Shown here piece by piece: positions 22,950 through 38,700 of a DNA stretch of 64,000 nt (positions are counted from its first letter, which is position 1; each line of letters opens with the position of its first letter). The position numbers were made by a program, and so were the translations under genes. This DNA is from Laetmonice hystrix (taxonomy: Eukaryota): assembly GCA_965235115.1 (NCBI GenBank), contig OZ249436.1, positions 3,288,001 through 3,352,000 of the forward strand, given 5' to 3'. The notes beneath the pieces were generated by a model. That model was not told the DNA's origin and did not search any database. It worked only from the letters and a program-made list of their open reading frames with translations.

Positions 22950-25900
22950 ATGACGTTGTACGCCTTTTCTATATCAGATATCCCATCCCCAAGTAAGAAA
23001 CAAACAAAGAAAGAGTACAGAGATTTGCAGGCAAGAAACACCAGGGTGCAGCGCAGCTCTACTGAAGCGGCGGCAGAGGCGGTGACTGCACTGCCATCTT
23101 CCGGCTACCGGTGGAATCACCACGTATACCTGGCCGGGCTGGCGGGCACCTGTGGCTCTTAGGTTAAAGCAATGAGAAGCGAAAAATGGCTACATTTCTG
23201 ATACGTCAAATTGAAACTACGCCCCCCAAAGTTATGATTCTTAGGCTAGATGTATAACTGTCAAACGTATAGGTCTCGTACGTTCGCTACAGATATATGG
23301 TTGTGATGTGTATACTTCCCATTTGAGTATCTTCTCCAGATTTTAACATTAGATGCTCCTCGCCAGTACCTTTGATTTCCACTACCTCACTGTAGTGTTT
23401 GCATGGCTACTAGGCCAGTCGGTAAGATGTAGGGACTTCTCACTCTACTGGTTGGCCTCCCACACTGCTTGGCCTCACAGTGTACTGTTTGGCCTGACTT
23501 TACCCTTTGGCCTCACTGTAGTGTTCGCTGGGGTGCTAGGCCAGCCAGTACCTTGTAGCGATTTCTCACTGTACCGTTTGTCCTCCCTGTACCGTTTGCT
23601 TGTACACAACAGTAGCCAGTAATATAGGGACGCCTCATGTTTCATGTTTCCATGCCTTTATTGTCCAGGAGGCAGGCCATACGTTTCATCTATCATCTAC
23701 TCCCATCTAATCTGTGTCCCCTAGAGACCATCTGTAAGCGTGCGACAACGTTGTCAGGTCGTTCCAATGACTGTTTGCCGTAGAAGTTTAGTTAACAATG
23801 GCAAATGACGTTGTACGCCTTTTCTATATCAGATATCCCATCCCCAAGTAAGAAACAAACAAAGAAAGAGTACAGAGATTTGCAGGCAAGAAACACCAGG
23901 GTGCAGCGCAGCTCTACTGAAGCGGCGGCAGAGGCGGTGACTGCACTGCCATCTTCCGGCTACCGGTGGAATCACCACGTATACCTGGCCGGGCTGGCGG
24001 GCACCTATGGCTATTAGGTTAAAGCAATGAGAAGCGGAAAATGGCTCCATTTCTGATACGTCAAATTGAAACTACGCCCCCCAAAGTTCTTAGGCCAGAT
24101 GTATAACTGTCAAACGTATAGGTCTCGTACGTTCGCTCCAGATATATGGTTGTGATGTGTATACTTCCCATTTGAGGATCTTCTACAGATTTTAACATTA
24201 GATGCTCCTCGCCTGTACCTTTCATTTCCACTACCTCACTGTAGTGCTTGCATGGCTACTAGGCCAGTCGGTAAGATGTAGGGACTTCTCACTCTACTGG
24301 TTGGCCTCCCACACTGCTTGGCCTCACAGTGTACTGTTTGGCCTGACTTTACTCTTTGGCCTCACTGTAGTGTTCGCTGGGGTGCTAGGCCAGCCAGTAC
24401 CTTGTAGCAATTCCTCACTGTACCGTTTGTCCTCCCTGTACCGTTTGCTTGTACACAACAGTAGCCAGTAATATAGGGACGCCTCATGTTTCATGTTTCC
24501 ATGCCTTTATTGTCCAGGAGGCAGGCCATACGTTTCGTCTATTATCTACTCCCATCTAATCTATGTCCCCTAGGACCATCTGTAAGCGTGCGAACACGTT
24601 GTCAGGTCGTCCCAATGACTGTTTGCCGTAAAGGTTTAGTTAACAATGGCAAATGACGTTGTACGCCTTTTCTATATCAGATGTCCCATCCCCAAGTAAG
24701 AAACAAAGAAAGAAAGAGTACAGAGATTTGCAGGCAAGAAACACCAGGGTGCAACGCAGCTCTACTGAAGCGGCGGCAGAGGCGGTGACTGCACTGCCAT
24801 CTTCCGGCTACCGGTGGAATCACCACGTATACCTGGCCGGGCTGGCGGGCACCTGTGGCTCTTAGGTTAAAGCAATGAGAAGCGAAAAATGGCTACATTT
24901 CTGATACGTCAAATTAAAACTACGCCCCCCAAGGTTATGATTCTTAGGCCAGATGTATAACTGCCAAACGTATAGGTCTCGTACGTTCGCTACAGATATA
25001 TGGTTGTGATGTGTATACTTCCCATTTGAGTATCTTCTCCAGATTTTAACATTAGATGCTCCTCGCCAGTACCTTTGATTTCCACTACCTCACTGTAGTG
25101 TTTGCATGGCTACTAGGCCAGTCGGTAAGATGTAGGGACTTCTCACTCTACTGGTTGGCCTCCCACACTGCTTGGCCTCACAGTGTACTGTTTGGCCTGA
25201 CTTTACTCTTTGGCCTCACTGTAGTGTTCGCTGGGGTGCTAGGCCAGCCAGTACCTTGTAGCAATTCCTCACTGTACCGTTGGCCTCCCTGTACCGTTTG
25301 CTTGTATACAACAGTAGCCAGTAATATAGGGACGCCTCATGTTTCATGTTTCCATGCCTTTATTGTCCAGGAGGAAGGCCATACGTTTCGTCTATTATCT
25401 ACTCCCATCTAATCTATGTCCCCTAGGACCATCTGTAAGCGTGCGAACACGTTGTCAGGTCGTCCCAATGACTGTTTGCCGTAAAGGTTTAGTTAACAAT
25501 GGCAAATGACGTTGTACGCCTTTTCTATATCAGATATCCCATCCCCAAGTAAGAAACAAACAAAGAAAGAGTACAGAGATTTGCAGGCAAGAAACACCAG
25601 GGTGCAGCGCAGCTCTACTGAAGCGGCGGCAGAGGCGGTGACTGCACTGCCATCTTCCGGCTACCGGTGGAATCACCACGTATACCTGGCCGGGCTGGCG
25701 GGCACCTGTGGCTCTTAGGTTAAAGCAATGAGAAGCGAAAAATGGCTACATTTCTGATACGTCAAATTGAAACTACGCCCCCCAAAGTTATGATTCTTAG
25801 GCCAGATGTATAACTGTCAAACGTATAGGTCTCGTACGTTCGCTACAGTTATATGGTTGTGATGTGTATACTTCCCATTTGAGTATCTTCTCCAGATTTT

Positions 25901-28900
25901 AACATTAGATGCTCCTCGCCAGTACCTTTGATTTCCACTACCTCACTGTAGTGTTTGCATGGCTACTAGGCCAGTCGGTAAGATGTAGGGACTTCTCACT
26001 CTACTGGTTGGCCTCCCACACTGCTTGGCCTCACAGTGTACTGTTTGGCCTGACTTTACTCTTTGGCCTCACTGTAGTGTTCGCTGGGGTGCTAGGCCAG
26101 CCAGTACCTTGTAGCGATTTTTCACTGTACCGTTTGTCCTCCCTGTACCGTTTGCTTGTACACAACAGTGGCCAGTAATATAGGGACGCCTCATGTTTCA
26201 TGTTTCCATGCCTTTATTGTCCAGGAGGCAGGCCATACGTTTCATCTATCATCTACTCCCATCTAATCTGTGTCCCCTAGAGACCATCTGTAAGCGTGCG
26301 ACAACGTTGTCAGGTCGTCCCAATGACTGTTTGCCGTAGAAGTTTAGTTAACAATGGCAAATGACGTTGTACGCTTTTTCTATATCAGATATCCCATCCC
26401 CAAGTAAGAAACAAACAAAGAAAGAGTACAGAGATTTGCAGGCAAGAAATACCAGGGTGCAGCGCAGCTCTACTGAAGCGGCGGCAGAGGCGGTGACTGC
26501 ACTGCCATCTTCCGGCTACCGGTGGAATCACCACGTATACCTGGCCGGGCTGGCGGGCACCTGTGGCTCTTAGGTTAAAGCAATGAGAAGCGAAAAATGG
26601 CTACATTTCTGATACGTCAAATTAAAACTACGCCCCCAAGGTTATGATTCTTAGGCCAGATGTATAACTGCCAAACGTATAGGTCTCGTACGTTCGCTAC
26701 AGATATATGGTTGTGATGTGTATACTTCCCATTTGAGTATCTTCTCCAGATTTTAACATTAGATGCTCCTCGCCAGTACCTTTGATTTCCACTACCTCAC
26801 TGTAGTGTTTGCATGGCTACTAGGCCAGTCGGTAAGATGTAGGGACTTCTCACTCTACTGGTTGGCCTCCCACACTGCTTGGCCTCACAGTGTACTGTTT
26901 GGCCTGACTTTACTCTTTGGCCTCACTGTAGTGTTCGCTGGGGTGCTAGGCCAGCCAGTACCTTGTAGCAATTCCTCACTGTACCGTTGGCCTCCCTGTA
27001 CCGTTTGCTTGTATACAACAGTAGCCAGTAATATAGGGACGCCTCATGTTTCATGTTTCCATGCCTTTATTGTCCAGGAGGAAGGCCATACGTTTCGTCT
27101 ATTATCTACTCCCATCTAATCTATGTCCCCTAGGACCATCTGTAAGCGTGCGAACACGTTGTCAGGTCGTCCCAATGACTGTTTGCCGTAAAGGTTTAGT
27201 TAACAATGGCAAATGACGTTGTACGCCTTTTCTATATCAGATATCCCATCCCCAAGTAAGAAACAAACAAAGAAAGAGTACAGAGATTTGCAGGCAAGAA
27301 ACACCAGGGTGCAGCGCAGCTCTACTGAAGCGGCGGCAGAGGCGGTGACTGCACTGCCATCTTCCGGCTACCGGTGGAATCACCACGTATACCTGGCCGG
27401 GCTGGCGGGCACCTGTGGCTCTTAGGTTAAAGCAATGAGAAGCGAAAAATGGCTACATTTCTGATACGTCAAATTGAAACTACGCCCCCCAAAGTTATGA
27501 TTCTTAGGCCAGATGTATAACTGTCAAACGTATAGGTCTCGTACGTTCGCTACAGTTATATGGTTGTGATGTGTATACTTCCCATTTGAGTATCTTCTCC
27601 AGATTTTAACATTAGATGCTCCTCGCCAGTACCTTTGATTTCCACTACCTCACTGTAGTGTTTGCATGGCTACTAGGCCAGTCGGTAAGATGTAGGGACT
27701 TCTCACTCTACTGGTTGGCCTCCCACACTGCTTGGCCTCACAGTGTACTGTTTGGCCTGACTTTACTCTTTGGCCTCACTGTAGTGTTCGCTGGGGTGCT
27801 AGGCCAGCCAGTACCTTGTAGCGATTTTTCACTGTACCGTTTGTCCTCCCTGTACCGTTTGCTTGTACACAACAGTGGCCAGTAATATAGGGACGCCTCA
27901 TGTTTCATGTTTCCATGCCTTTATTGTCCAGGAGGCAGGCCATACGTTTCATCTATCATCTACTCCCATCTAATCTGTGTCCCCTAGAGACCATCTGTAA
28001 GCGTGCGACAACGTTGTCAGGTCGTCCCAATGACTGTTTGCCGTAGAAGTTTAGTTAACAATGGCAAATGACGTTGTACGCTTTTTCTATATCAGATATC
28101 CCATCCCCAAGTAAGAAACAAACAAAGAAAGAGTACAGAGATTTGCAGGCAAGAAATACCAGGGTGCAGCGCAGCTCTACTGAAGCGGCGGCAGAGGCGG
28201 TGACTGCACTGCCATCTTCCGGCTACCGGTGGAATCACCACGTATACCTGGCCGGGCTGGCGGGCACCTATGGCTATTAGGTTAAAGCAATGAGAAGCGG
28301 AAAATGGCTACATTTCTGATACGTCAAATTGAAACTACGCCCCCCAAAGTTATGATTCTTAGGCCAGATGTATAACTGTCAAACGTATAGGTCTCGTACG
28401 TTCGCTACAGATATATGGTTGTGATGTGTATACTTCCCATTTGAGTATCTTCTCCAGATTTTAACATTAGATGCTCCTCGCCAGTACCTTTGATTTCCAC
28501 TACCTCACTGTAGTGTTTGCATGGCTACTAGGCCAGTCGGTAAGATGTAGGGACTTCTCACTCTACTGGTTGGCCTCCCACACTGCTTGGCCTCACAGTG
28601 TACTGTTTGGCCTGACTTTACTCTTTGGCCTCACTGTAGTGTTCGCTGGGGTGCTAGGCCAGCCAGTACCTTGTAGCAATTCCTCACTGTACCGTTGGCC
28701 TCCCTGTACCGTTTGCTTGTATACAACCGTAGCCAGTAATATAGGGACGCCTCATGTTTCATGTTTCCATGCCTTTATTGTCCAGGAGGAAGGCCATACG
28801 TTTCGTCTATTATCTACTCCCATCTAATCTATGTCCCCTAGGACCATCTGTAAGCGTGCGAACACGTTGTCAGGTCGTCCCAATGACTGTTTGCCGTAAA

Positions 28901-31478
28901 GGTTTAGTTAACAATGGCAAATGACGTTGTACGCCTTTTCTATATCAGATGTCCCATCCCCAAGTAAGAAACAAAGAAAGAAAGAGTACAGAGATTTGCA
29001 GGCAAGAAACACCCGGGTGCAGCGCAGCTCTACTGAAGCGGCGGCAGAGGCGGTGACTGCACTGCCATCTTCCGGCTACCGGTGGAATCACCACGTATAC
29101 CTGGCCGGGCTGGCGGGCACCTGTGGCTCTTAGGTTAAAGCAATGAGCAGCGGAAAATGGCTACATTTCTGATACGTCAAATTGAAACTACGCCCCCCAA
29201 AGTTATGATTCTTAGGCCAGATGTATAACTGTCAAACGTATAGGTCTCGTACGTTCGCTACAGATATATGGTTGTGATGTGTATACTTACCATTTGAGTA
29301 TCTTCTCCAGATTTTACCATTAGATGCTCCTCGCCAGTACCTTTGATTTCCACTACCTCACTATAGTGTTTGCATGGCTACTAGGCCAGTCGGTAAGATG
29401 TAGGGACTTCTCACTCTACTGGTTGGCCTCCCACACTGCTTGGCCTCACAGTGTACTGTTTGGCCTGACTTTACTCTTTGGCCTCACTGTAGTGTTCGCT
29501 GGGCTGCTAGGCCAGCCAGTACCTTGTAGCGATTTCTCACTGTACCGTTTGTCCTCCCTGTACCGTTTGCTTGTACACAACAGTAGCCAGTAATATAGGG
29601 ACGCCTCATGTTTCATGTTTCCATGCCTTTATTGTCCAGGAGGCAGGCCATACGTTTCATCTATCATCTACTCCCATCTAATCTGTGTCCCCTAGAGACC
29701 ATCTGTAAGCGTGCGACAACGTTGTCAGGTCGTCCCAATGACTGTTTGCCGTAGAAGTTTAGTTAACAATGGCAAATGACGTTGTACGCCTTTTCTATAT
29801 CAGATATCCCATCCCCAAGTAAGAAACAAACAAAGAAAGAGTACAGAGATTTGCAGGCAAGAAACACCAGGGTGCAGCGCAGCTCTACTGAAGCGGCGGC
29901 AGAGGCGGTGACTGCACTGCCATCTTCCGGCTACCGGTGGAATCACCACGTATACCTGGCCGGGCTGGCGGGCACCTATGGCTATTAGGTTAAAGCAATG
30001 AGAAGCGGAAAATGGCTCCATTTCTGATACGTCAAATTGAAACTACGCCCCCCAAAGTTCTTAGGCCAGATGTATAACTGTCAAACGTATAGGTCTCGTA
30101 CGTTCGCTCCAGATATATGGTTGTGATGTGTATACTTCCCATTTGAGGATCTTCTACAGATTTTAACATTAGATGCTCCTCGCCTGTACCTTTCATTTCC
30201 ACTACCTCACTGTAGTGCTTGCATGGCTACTAGGCCAGTCGGTAAGATGTAGGGACTTCTCACTCTACTGGTTGGCCTCCCACACTGCTTGGCCTCACAG
30301 TGTACTGTTTGGCCTGACTTTACTCTTTGGCCTCACTGTAGTGTTCGCTGGGGTGCTAGGCCAGCCAGTACCTTGTAGCAATTCCTCACTGTACCGTTTG
30401 TCCTCCCTGTACCGTTTGCTTGTACACAACAGTAGCCAGTAATATAGGGACGCCTCATGTTTCATGTTTCCATGCCTTTATTGTCCAGGAGGCAGGCCAT
30501 ACGTTTCGTCTATTATCTACTCCCATCTAATCTATGTCCCCTAGGACCATCTGTAAGCGTGCGAACACGTTGTCAGGTCGTCCCAATGACTGTTTGCCGT
30601 AAAGGTTTAGTTAACAATGGCAAATGACGTTGTACGCCTTTTCTATATCAGATATCCCATCCCCAAGTAAGAAACAAACAAAGAAAGAGTACAGAGATTT
30701 GCAGGCAAGAAACACCAGGGTGCAGCGCAGCTCTACTGAAGCGGCGGCAGAGGCGGTGACTGCACTGCCATCTTCCGGCTACCGGTGGAATCACCACGTA
30801 TACCTGGCCGGGCTGGCGGGCACCTGTGGCTCTTAGGTTAAAGCAATGAGAAGCGAAAAATGGCTACATTTCTGATACGTCAAATTGAAACTACGCCCCC
30901 CAAAGTTATGATTCTTAGGCTAGATGTATAACTGTCAAACGTATAGGTCTCGTACGTTCGCTACAGATATATGGTTGTGATGTGTATACTTCCCATTTGA
31001 GTATCTTCTCCAGATTTTAACATTAGATGCTCCTCGCCAGTACCTTTGATTTCCACTACCTCACTGTAGTGTTTGCATGGCTACTAGGCCAGTCGGTAAG
31101 ATGTAGGGACTTCTCACTCTACTGGTTGGCCTCCCACACTGCTTGGCCTCACAGTGTACTGTTTGGCCTGACTTTACCCTTTGGCCTCACTGTAGTGTTC
31201 GCTGGGGTGCTAGGCCAGCCAGTACCTTGTAGCGATTTCTCACTGTACCGTTTGTCCTCCCTGTACCGTTTGCTTGTACACAACAGTAGCCAGTAATATA
31301 GGGACGCCTCATGTTTCATGTTTCCATGCCTTTATTGTCCAGGAGGCAGGCCATACGTTTCATCTATCATCTACTCCCATCTAATCTGTGTCCCCTAGAG
31401 ACCATCTGTAAGCGTGCGACAACGTTGTCAGGTCGTTCCAATGACTGTTTGCCGTAGAAGTTTAGTTAACAATGGCAA
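16131..31478. repeat. Higher-order repeat: two copies of a 9-monomer block (period 7674 bp)
   Basis: Variants recur at +7674: deletion units 16131/23805 and 22102/29776; C5 unit 18687/26361; CCCGGG unit 21247/28921; TTTACCCTTT unit 22950/30624. Confidence 0.88.
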
Positions 31479-34400
31479 ATGACGTTGTACGCCTTTTCTA
31501 TATCAGATATCCCATCCCCAAGTAAGAAACAAACAAAGAAAGAGTACAGAGATTTGCAGGCAAGAAACACCAGGGTGCAGCGCAGCTCTACTGAAGCGGC
31601 GGCAGAGGCGGTGACTGCACTGCCATCTTCCGGCTACCGGTGGAATCACCACGTATACCTGGCCGGGCTGGCGGGCACCTATGGCTATTAGGTTAAAGCA
31701 ATGAGAAGCGGAAAATGGCTCCATTTCTGATACGTCAAATTGAAACTACGCCCCCCAAAGTTCTTAGGCCAGATGTATAACTGTCAAACGTATAGGTCTC
31801 GTACGTTCGCTCCAGATATATGGTTGTGATGTGTATACTTCCCATTTGAGGATCTTCTACAGATTTTAACATTAGATGCTCCTCGCCTGTACCTTTCATT
31901 TCCACTACCTTACTGTAGTGCTTGCATGGCTACTAGGCCAGTCGGTAAGATGCAGGGACTTCTCACTCTACTCGTTGGCCTCCCACACTGCTTGGCCTCA
32001 CAGTGTACTGTTTGGCCTGACTTTACTCTTTGGCCTCACTGTAGTGTTCGCTGGGGTGCTAGGCCAGCCAGTACCTTGTAGCAATTCCTCACTGTACCGT
32101 TGGCCTCCCTGTACCGTTTGCTTGTATACAACAGTAGCCAGTAATATAGGGACGCCTCATGTTTCATGTTTCCATGCCTTTATTGTCCAGGAGGCAGGCC
32201 ATACGTTTCGTCTATTATCTACTCCCATCTAATCTATGTCCCCTAGGACCATCTGTAAGCGTGCGAACACGTTGTCAGGTCGTCCCAATGACTGTTTGCC
32301 GTAAAGGTTTAGTTAACAATGGCAAATGACGTTGTACGCCTTTTCTATATCAGATATCCCATCCCCAAGTAAGAAACAAAGAAAGAAAGAGTACAGAGAT
32401 TTGCAGGCAAGAAACACCAGGGTGCAGCGCAGCTCTACTGAAGCGGCGGCAGAGGCGGTGACTGCACTGCCATCTTCCGGCTACCGGTGGAATCACCACG
32501 TATACCTGGCCGGGCTGGCGGGCACCTGTGGCTCTTAGGTTAAAGCAATGAGAAGCGAAAAATGGCTACATTTCTGATACGTCAAATTAAAACTACGCCC
32601 CCCAAGGTTATGATTCTTAGGCCAGATGTATAACTGCCAAACGTATAGGTCTCGTACGTTCGCTACAGATATATGGTTGTGATGTGTATACTTCCCATTT
32701 GAGTATCTTCTCCAGATTTTAACATTAGATGCTCCTCGCCAGTACCTTTGATTTCAACTACCTCACTGTAGTGTTTGCATGGCTACTAGGCCAGTCGGTA
32801 AGATGTAGGGACTTCTCACTCTACTGGTTGGCCTCCCACACTGCTTGGCCTCACAGTGTACTGTTTGGCCTGACTTTACTCTTTGGCCTCACTGTAGTGT
32901 TCGCTGGGGTGCTAGGCCAGCCAGTACCTTGTAGCAATTCCTCACTGTACCGTTGGCCTCCCTGTACCGTTTGCTTGTATACAACAGTAGCCAGTAATAT
33001 AGGGACGCCTCATGTTTCATGTTTCCATGCCTTTATTGTCCAGGAGGAAGGCCATACGTTTCGTCTATTATCTACTCCCATCTAATCTATGTCCCCTAGG
33101 ACCATCTGTAAGCGTGCGAACACGTTGTCAGGTCGTCCCAATGACTGTTTGCCGTAAAGGTTTAGTTAACAATGGCAAATGACGTTGTACGCCTTTTCTA
33201 TATCAGATATCCCATCCCCAAGTAAGAAACAAACAAAGAAAGAGTACAGAGATTTGCAGGCAAGAAACACCAGGGTGCAGCGCAGCTCTACTGAAGCGGC
33301 GGCAGAGGCGGTGACTGCACTGCCATCTTCCGGCTACCGGTGGAATCACCACGTATACCTGGCCGGGCTGGCGGGCACCTGTGGCTCTTAGGTTAAAGCA
33401 ATGAGAAGCGAAAAATGGCTACATTTCTGATACGTCAAATTGAAACTACGCCCCCCAAAGTTATGATTCTTAGGCCAGATGTATAACTGTCAAACGTATA
33501 GGTCTCGTACGTTCGCTACAGTTATATGGTTGTGATGTGTATACTTCCCATTTGAGTATCTTCTCCAGATTTTAACATTAGATGCTCCTCGCCAGTACCT
33601 TTGATTTCCACTACCTCACTGTAGTGTTTGCATGGCTACTAGGCCAGTCGGTAAGATGTAGGGACTTCTCACTCTACTGGTTGGCCTCCCACACTGCTTG
33701 GCCTCACAGTGTACTGTTTGGCCTAACTTTACTCTTTGGCCTCACTGTAGTGTTCGCTGGGGTGCTAGGCCAGCCAGTACCTTGTAGCGATTTTTCACTG
33801 TACCGTTTGTCCTCCCTGTACCGTTTGCTTGTACACAACAGTAGCCAGTAATATAGGGACGCCTCATGTTTCATGTATCCATGCCTTTATTGTCCAGGAG
33901 GCAGGCCATACGTTTCATCTATCATCTACTCCCATCTAATCTGTGTCCCCTAGAGACCATCTGTAAGCGTGCGACAACGTTGTCAGGTCGTCCCAATGAC
34001 TGTTTGCCGTAGAAGTTTAGTTAACAATGGCAAATGACGTTGTACGCTTTTTCTATATCAGATATCCCATCCCCAAGTAAGAAACAAACAAAGAAAGAGT
34101 ACAGAGATTTGCAGGCAAGAAATACCAGGGTGCAGCGCAGCTCTACTGAAGCGGCGGCAGAGGCGGTGACTGCACTGCCATCTTCCGGCTACCGGTGGAA
34201 TCACCACGTATACCTGGCCGGGCTGGCGGGCACCTATGGCTATTAGGTTAAAGCAATGAGAAGCGGAAAATGGCTACATTTCTGATACGTCAAATTGAAA
34301 CTACGCCCCCCAAAGTTATGATTCTTAGGCCAGATGTATAACTGTCAAACGTATAGGTCTCGTACGTTCGCTACAGATATATGGTTGTGATGTGTATACT

Positions 34401-35741
34401 TCCCATTTGAGTATCTTCTCCAGATTTTAACATTAGATGCTCCTCGCCAGTACCTTTGATTTCCACTACCTCACTGTAGTGTTTGCATGGCTACTAGGCC
34501 AGTCGGTAAGATGTAGGGACTTCTCACTCTACTGGTTGGCCTCCCACACTGCTTGGCCTCACAGTGTACTGTTTGGCCTGACTTTACTCTTTGGCCTCAC
34601 TGTAGTGTTCGCTGGGGTGCTAGGCCAGCCAGTACCTTGTAGCAATTCCTCACTGTACCGTTGGCCTCCCTGTACCGTTTGCTTGTATACAACAGTAGCC
34701 AGTAATATAGGGACGCCTCATGTTTCATGTTTCCATGCCTTTATTGTCCAGGAGGAAGGCCATACGTTTCGTCTATTATCTACTCCCATCTAATCTATGT
34801 CCCCTAGGACCATCTGTAAGCGTGCGAACACGTTGTCAGGTCGTCCCAATGACTGTTTGCCGTAAAGGTTTAGTTAACAATGGCAAATGACGTTGTACGC
34901 CTTTTCTATATCAGATATCCCATCCCCAAGTAAGAAACAAACAAAGAAAGAGTACAGAGATTTGCAGGCAAGAAACACCAGGGTGCAGCGCAGCTCTACT
35001 GAAGCGGCGGCAGAGGCGGTGACTGCACTGCCATCTTCCGGCTACCGGTGGAATCACCACGTATACCTGGCCGGGCTGGCGGGCACCTGTGGCTCTTAGG
35101 TTAAAGCAATGAGAAGCGAAAAATGGCTACATTTCTGATACGTCAAATTGAAACTACGCCCCCCAAAGTTATGATTCTTAGGCCAGATGTATAACTGTCA
35201 AACGTATAGGTCTCGTACGTTCGCTACAGTTATATGGTTGTGATGTGTATACTTCCCATTTGAGTATCTTCTCCAGATTTTAACATTAGATGCTCCTCGC
35301 CAGTACCTTTGATTTCCACTACCTCACTGTAGTGTTTGCATGGCTACTAGGCCAGTCGGTAAGATGTAGGGACTTCTCACTCTACTGGTTGGCCTCCCAC
35401 ACTGCTTGGCCTCACAGTGTACTGTTTGGCCTGACTTTACTCTTTGGCCTCACTGTAGTGTTCGCTGGGGTGCTAGGCCAGCCAGTACCTTGTAGCGATT
35501 TTTCACTGTACCGTTTGTCCTCCCTGTACCGTTTGCTTGTACACAACAGTAGCCAGTAATATAGGGACGCCTCATGTTTCATGTTTCCATGCCTTTATTG
35601 TCCAGGAGGCAGGCCATACGTTTCATCTATCATCTACTCCCATCTAATCTGTGTCCCCTAGAGACCATCTGTAAGCGTGCGACAACGTTGTCAGGTCGTC
35701 CCAATGACTGTTTGCCGTAGAAGTTTAGTTAACAATGGCAA

Positions 35742-38700
35742 ATGACGTTGTACGCTTTTTCTATATCAGATATCCCATCCCCAAGTAAGAAACAAACAAA
35801 GAAAGAGTACAGAGATTTGCAGGCAAGAAATACCAGGGTGCAGCGCAGCTCTACTGAAGCGGCGGCAGAGGCGGTGACTGCACTGCCATCTTCCGGCTAC
35901 CGGTGGAATCACCACGTATACCTGGCCGGGCTGGCGGGCACCTATGGCTATTAGGTTAAAGCAATGAGAAGCGGAAAATGGCTACATTTCTGATACGTCA
36001 AATTGAAACTACGCCCCCCAAAGTTATGATTCTTAGGCCAGATGTATAACTGTCAAACGTATAGGTCTCGTACGTTCGCTACAGATATATGGTTGTGATG
36101 TGTATACTTCCCATTTGAGTATCTTCTCCAGATTTTAACATTAGATGCTCCTCGCCAGTACCTTTGATTTCCACTACCTCACTGTAGTGTTTGCATGGCT
36201 ACTAGGCCAGTCGGTAAGATGTAGGGACTTCTCACTCTACTGGTTGGCCTCCCACACTGCTTGGCCTCACAGTGTACTGTTTGGCCTGACTTTACTCTTT
36301 GGCCTCACTGTAGTGTTCGCTGGGGTGCTAGGCCAGCCAGTACCTTGTAGCAATTCCTCACTGTACCGTTGGCCTCCCTGTACCGTTTGCTTGTATACAA
36401 CAGTAGCCAGTAATATAGGGACGCCTCATGTTTCATGTTTCCATGCCTTTATTGTCCAGGAGGCAGGCCATACGTTTCGTCTATTATCTACTCCCATCTA
36501 ATCTATGTCCCCTAGGACCATCTGTAAGCGTGCGAACACGTTGTCAGGTCGTCCCAATGACTGTTTGCCGTAAAGGTTTAGTTAACAATGGCAAATGACG
36601 TTGTACGCCTTTTCTATATCAGATGTCCCATCCCCAAGTAAGAAACAAAGAAAGAAAGAGTACAGAGATTTGCAGGCAAGAAACACCCGGGTGCAGCGCA
36701 GCTCTACTGAAGCGGCGGCAGAGGCGGTGACTGCACTGCCATCTTCCGGCTACCGGTGGAATCACCACGTATACCTGGCCGGGCTGGCGGGCACCTGTGG
36801 CTCTTAGGTTAAAGCAATGAGCAGCGGAAAATGGCTACATTTCTGATACGTCAAATTGAAACTACGCCCCCCAAAGTTATGATTCTTAGGCCAGATGTAT
36901 AACTGTCAAACGTATAGGTCTCGTACGTTCGCTACAGATATATGGTTGTGATGTGTATACTTACCATTTGAGTATCTTCTCCAGATTTTACCATTAGATG
37001 CTCCTCGCCAGTACCTTTGATTTCCACTACCTCACTATAGTGTTTGCATGGCTACTAGGCCAGTCGGTAAGATGTAGGGACTTCTCACTCTACTGGTTGG
37101 CCTCCCACACTGCTTGGCCTCACAGTGTACTGTTTGGCCTGACTTTACTCTTTGGCCTCACTGTAGTGTTCGCTGGGCTGCTAGGCCAGCCAGTACCTTG
37201 TAGCGATTCCTCACTGTACCGTTTGTCCTCCCTGTACCGTTTGCTTGTACACAACAGTAGCCAGTAATATAGGGACGCCTCATGTTTCATGTTTCCATGC
37301 CTTTATTGTCCAGGAGGCAGGCCATACGTTTCATCTATCATCTACTCCCATCTAATCTGTGTCCCCTAGAGACCATCTGTAAGCGTGCGACAACGTTGTC
37401 AGGTCGTCCCAATGACTGTTTGCCGTAGAAGTTTAGTTAACAATGGCAAATGACGTTGTACGCCTTTTCTATATCAGATATCCCATCCCCAAGTAAGAAA
37501 CAAACAAAGAAAGAGTACAGAGATTTGCAGGCAAGAAACACCAGGGTGCAGCGCAGCTCTACTGAAGCGGCGGCAGAGGCGGTGACTGCACTGCCATCTT
37601 CCGGCTACCGGTGGAATCACCACGTATACCTGGCCGGGCTGGCGGGCACCTATGGCTATTAGGTTAAAGCAATGAGAAGCGGAAAATGGCTCCATTTCTG
37701 AAACGTCAAATTGAAACTACGCCCCCCAAAGTTCTTAGGCCAGATGTATAACTGTCAAACGTATAGGTCTCGTACGTTCGCTCCAGATATATGGTTGTGA
37801 TGTGTATACTTCCCATTTGAGGATCTTCTACAGATTTTAACATTAGATGCTCCTCGCCTGTACCTTTCATTTCCACTACCTTACTGTAGTGCTTGCATGG
37901 CTACTAGGCCAGTCGGTAAGATGCAGGGACTTCTCACTCTACTCGTTGGCCTCCCACACTGCTTGGCCTCACAGTGTACTGTTTGGCCTGACTTTACTCT
38001 TTGGCCTCACTGTAGTGTTCGCTGGGGTGCTAGGCCAGCCAGTACCTTGTAGCAATTCCTCACTGTACCGTTGGCCTCCCTGTACCGTTTGCTTGTATAC
38101 AACAGTAGCCAGTAATATAGGGACGCCTCATGTTTCATGTTTCCATGCCTTTATTGTCCAGGAGGCAGGCCATACGTTTCGTCTATTATCTACTCCCATC
38201 TAATCTATGTCCCCTAGGACCATCTGTAAGCGTGCGAACACGTTGTCAGGTCGTCCCAATGACTGTTTGCCGTAAAGGTTTAGTTAACAATGGCAAATGA
38301 CGTTGTACGCCTTTTCTATATCAGATATCCCATCCCCAAGTAAGAAACAAACAAAGAAAAAGTACAGAGATTTGCAGGCAAGAAACACCAGGGTGCAGCG
38401 CAGCTCTACTGAAGCGGCGGCAGAGGCGGTGACTGCACTGCCATCTTCCGGCTACCGGTGGAATCACCACGTATACCTGGCCGGGCTGGCGGGCACCTGT
38501 GGCTCTTAGGTTAAAGCAATGAGAAGCGAAAAATGGCTACATTTCTGATACGTCAAATTAAAACTACGCCCCCCAAGGTTATGATTCTTAGGCCAGATGT
38601 ATAACTGTCAAACGTATAGGTCTCGTACGTTCGCTACAGATATATGGTTGTGATGTGTATACTTCCCATTTGAGTATCTTCTCCAGATTTTAACATTAGA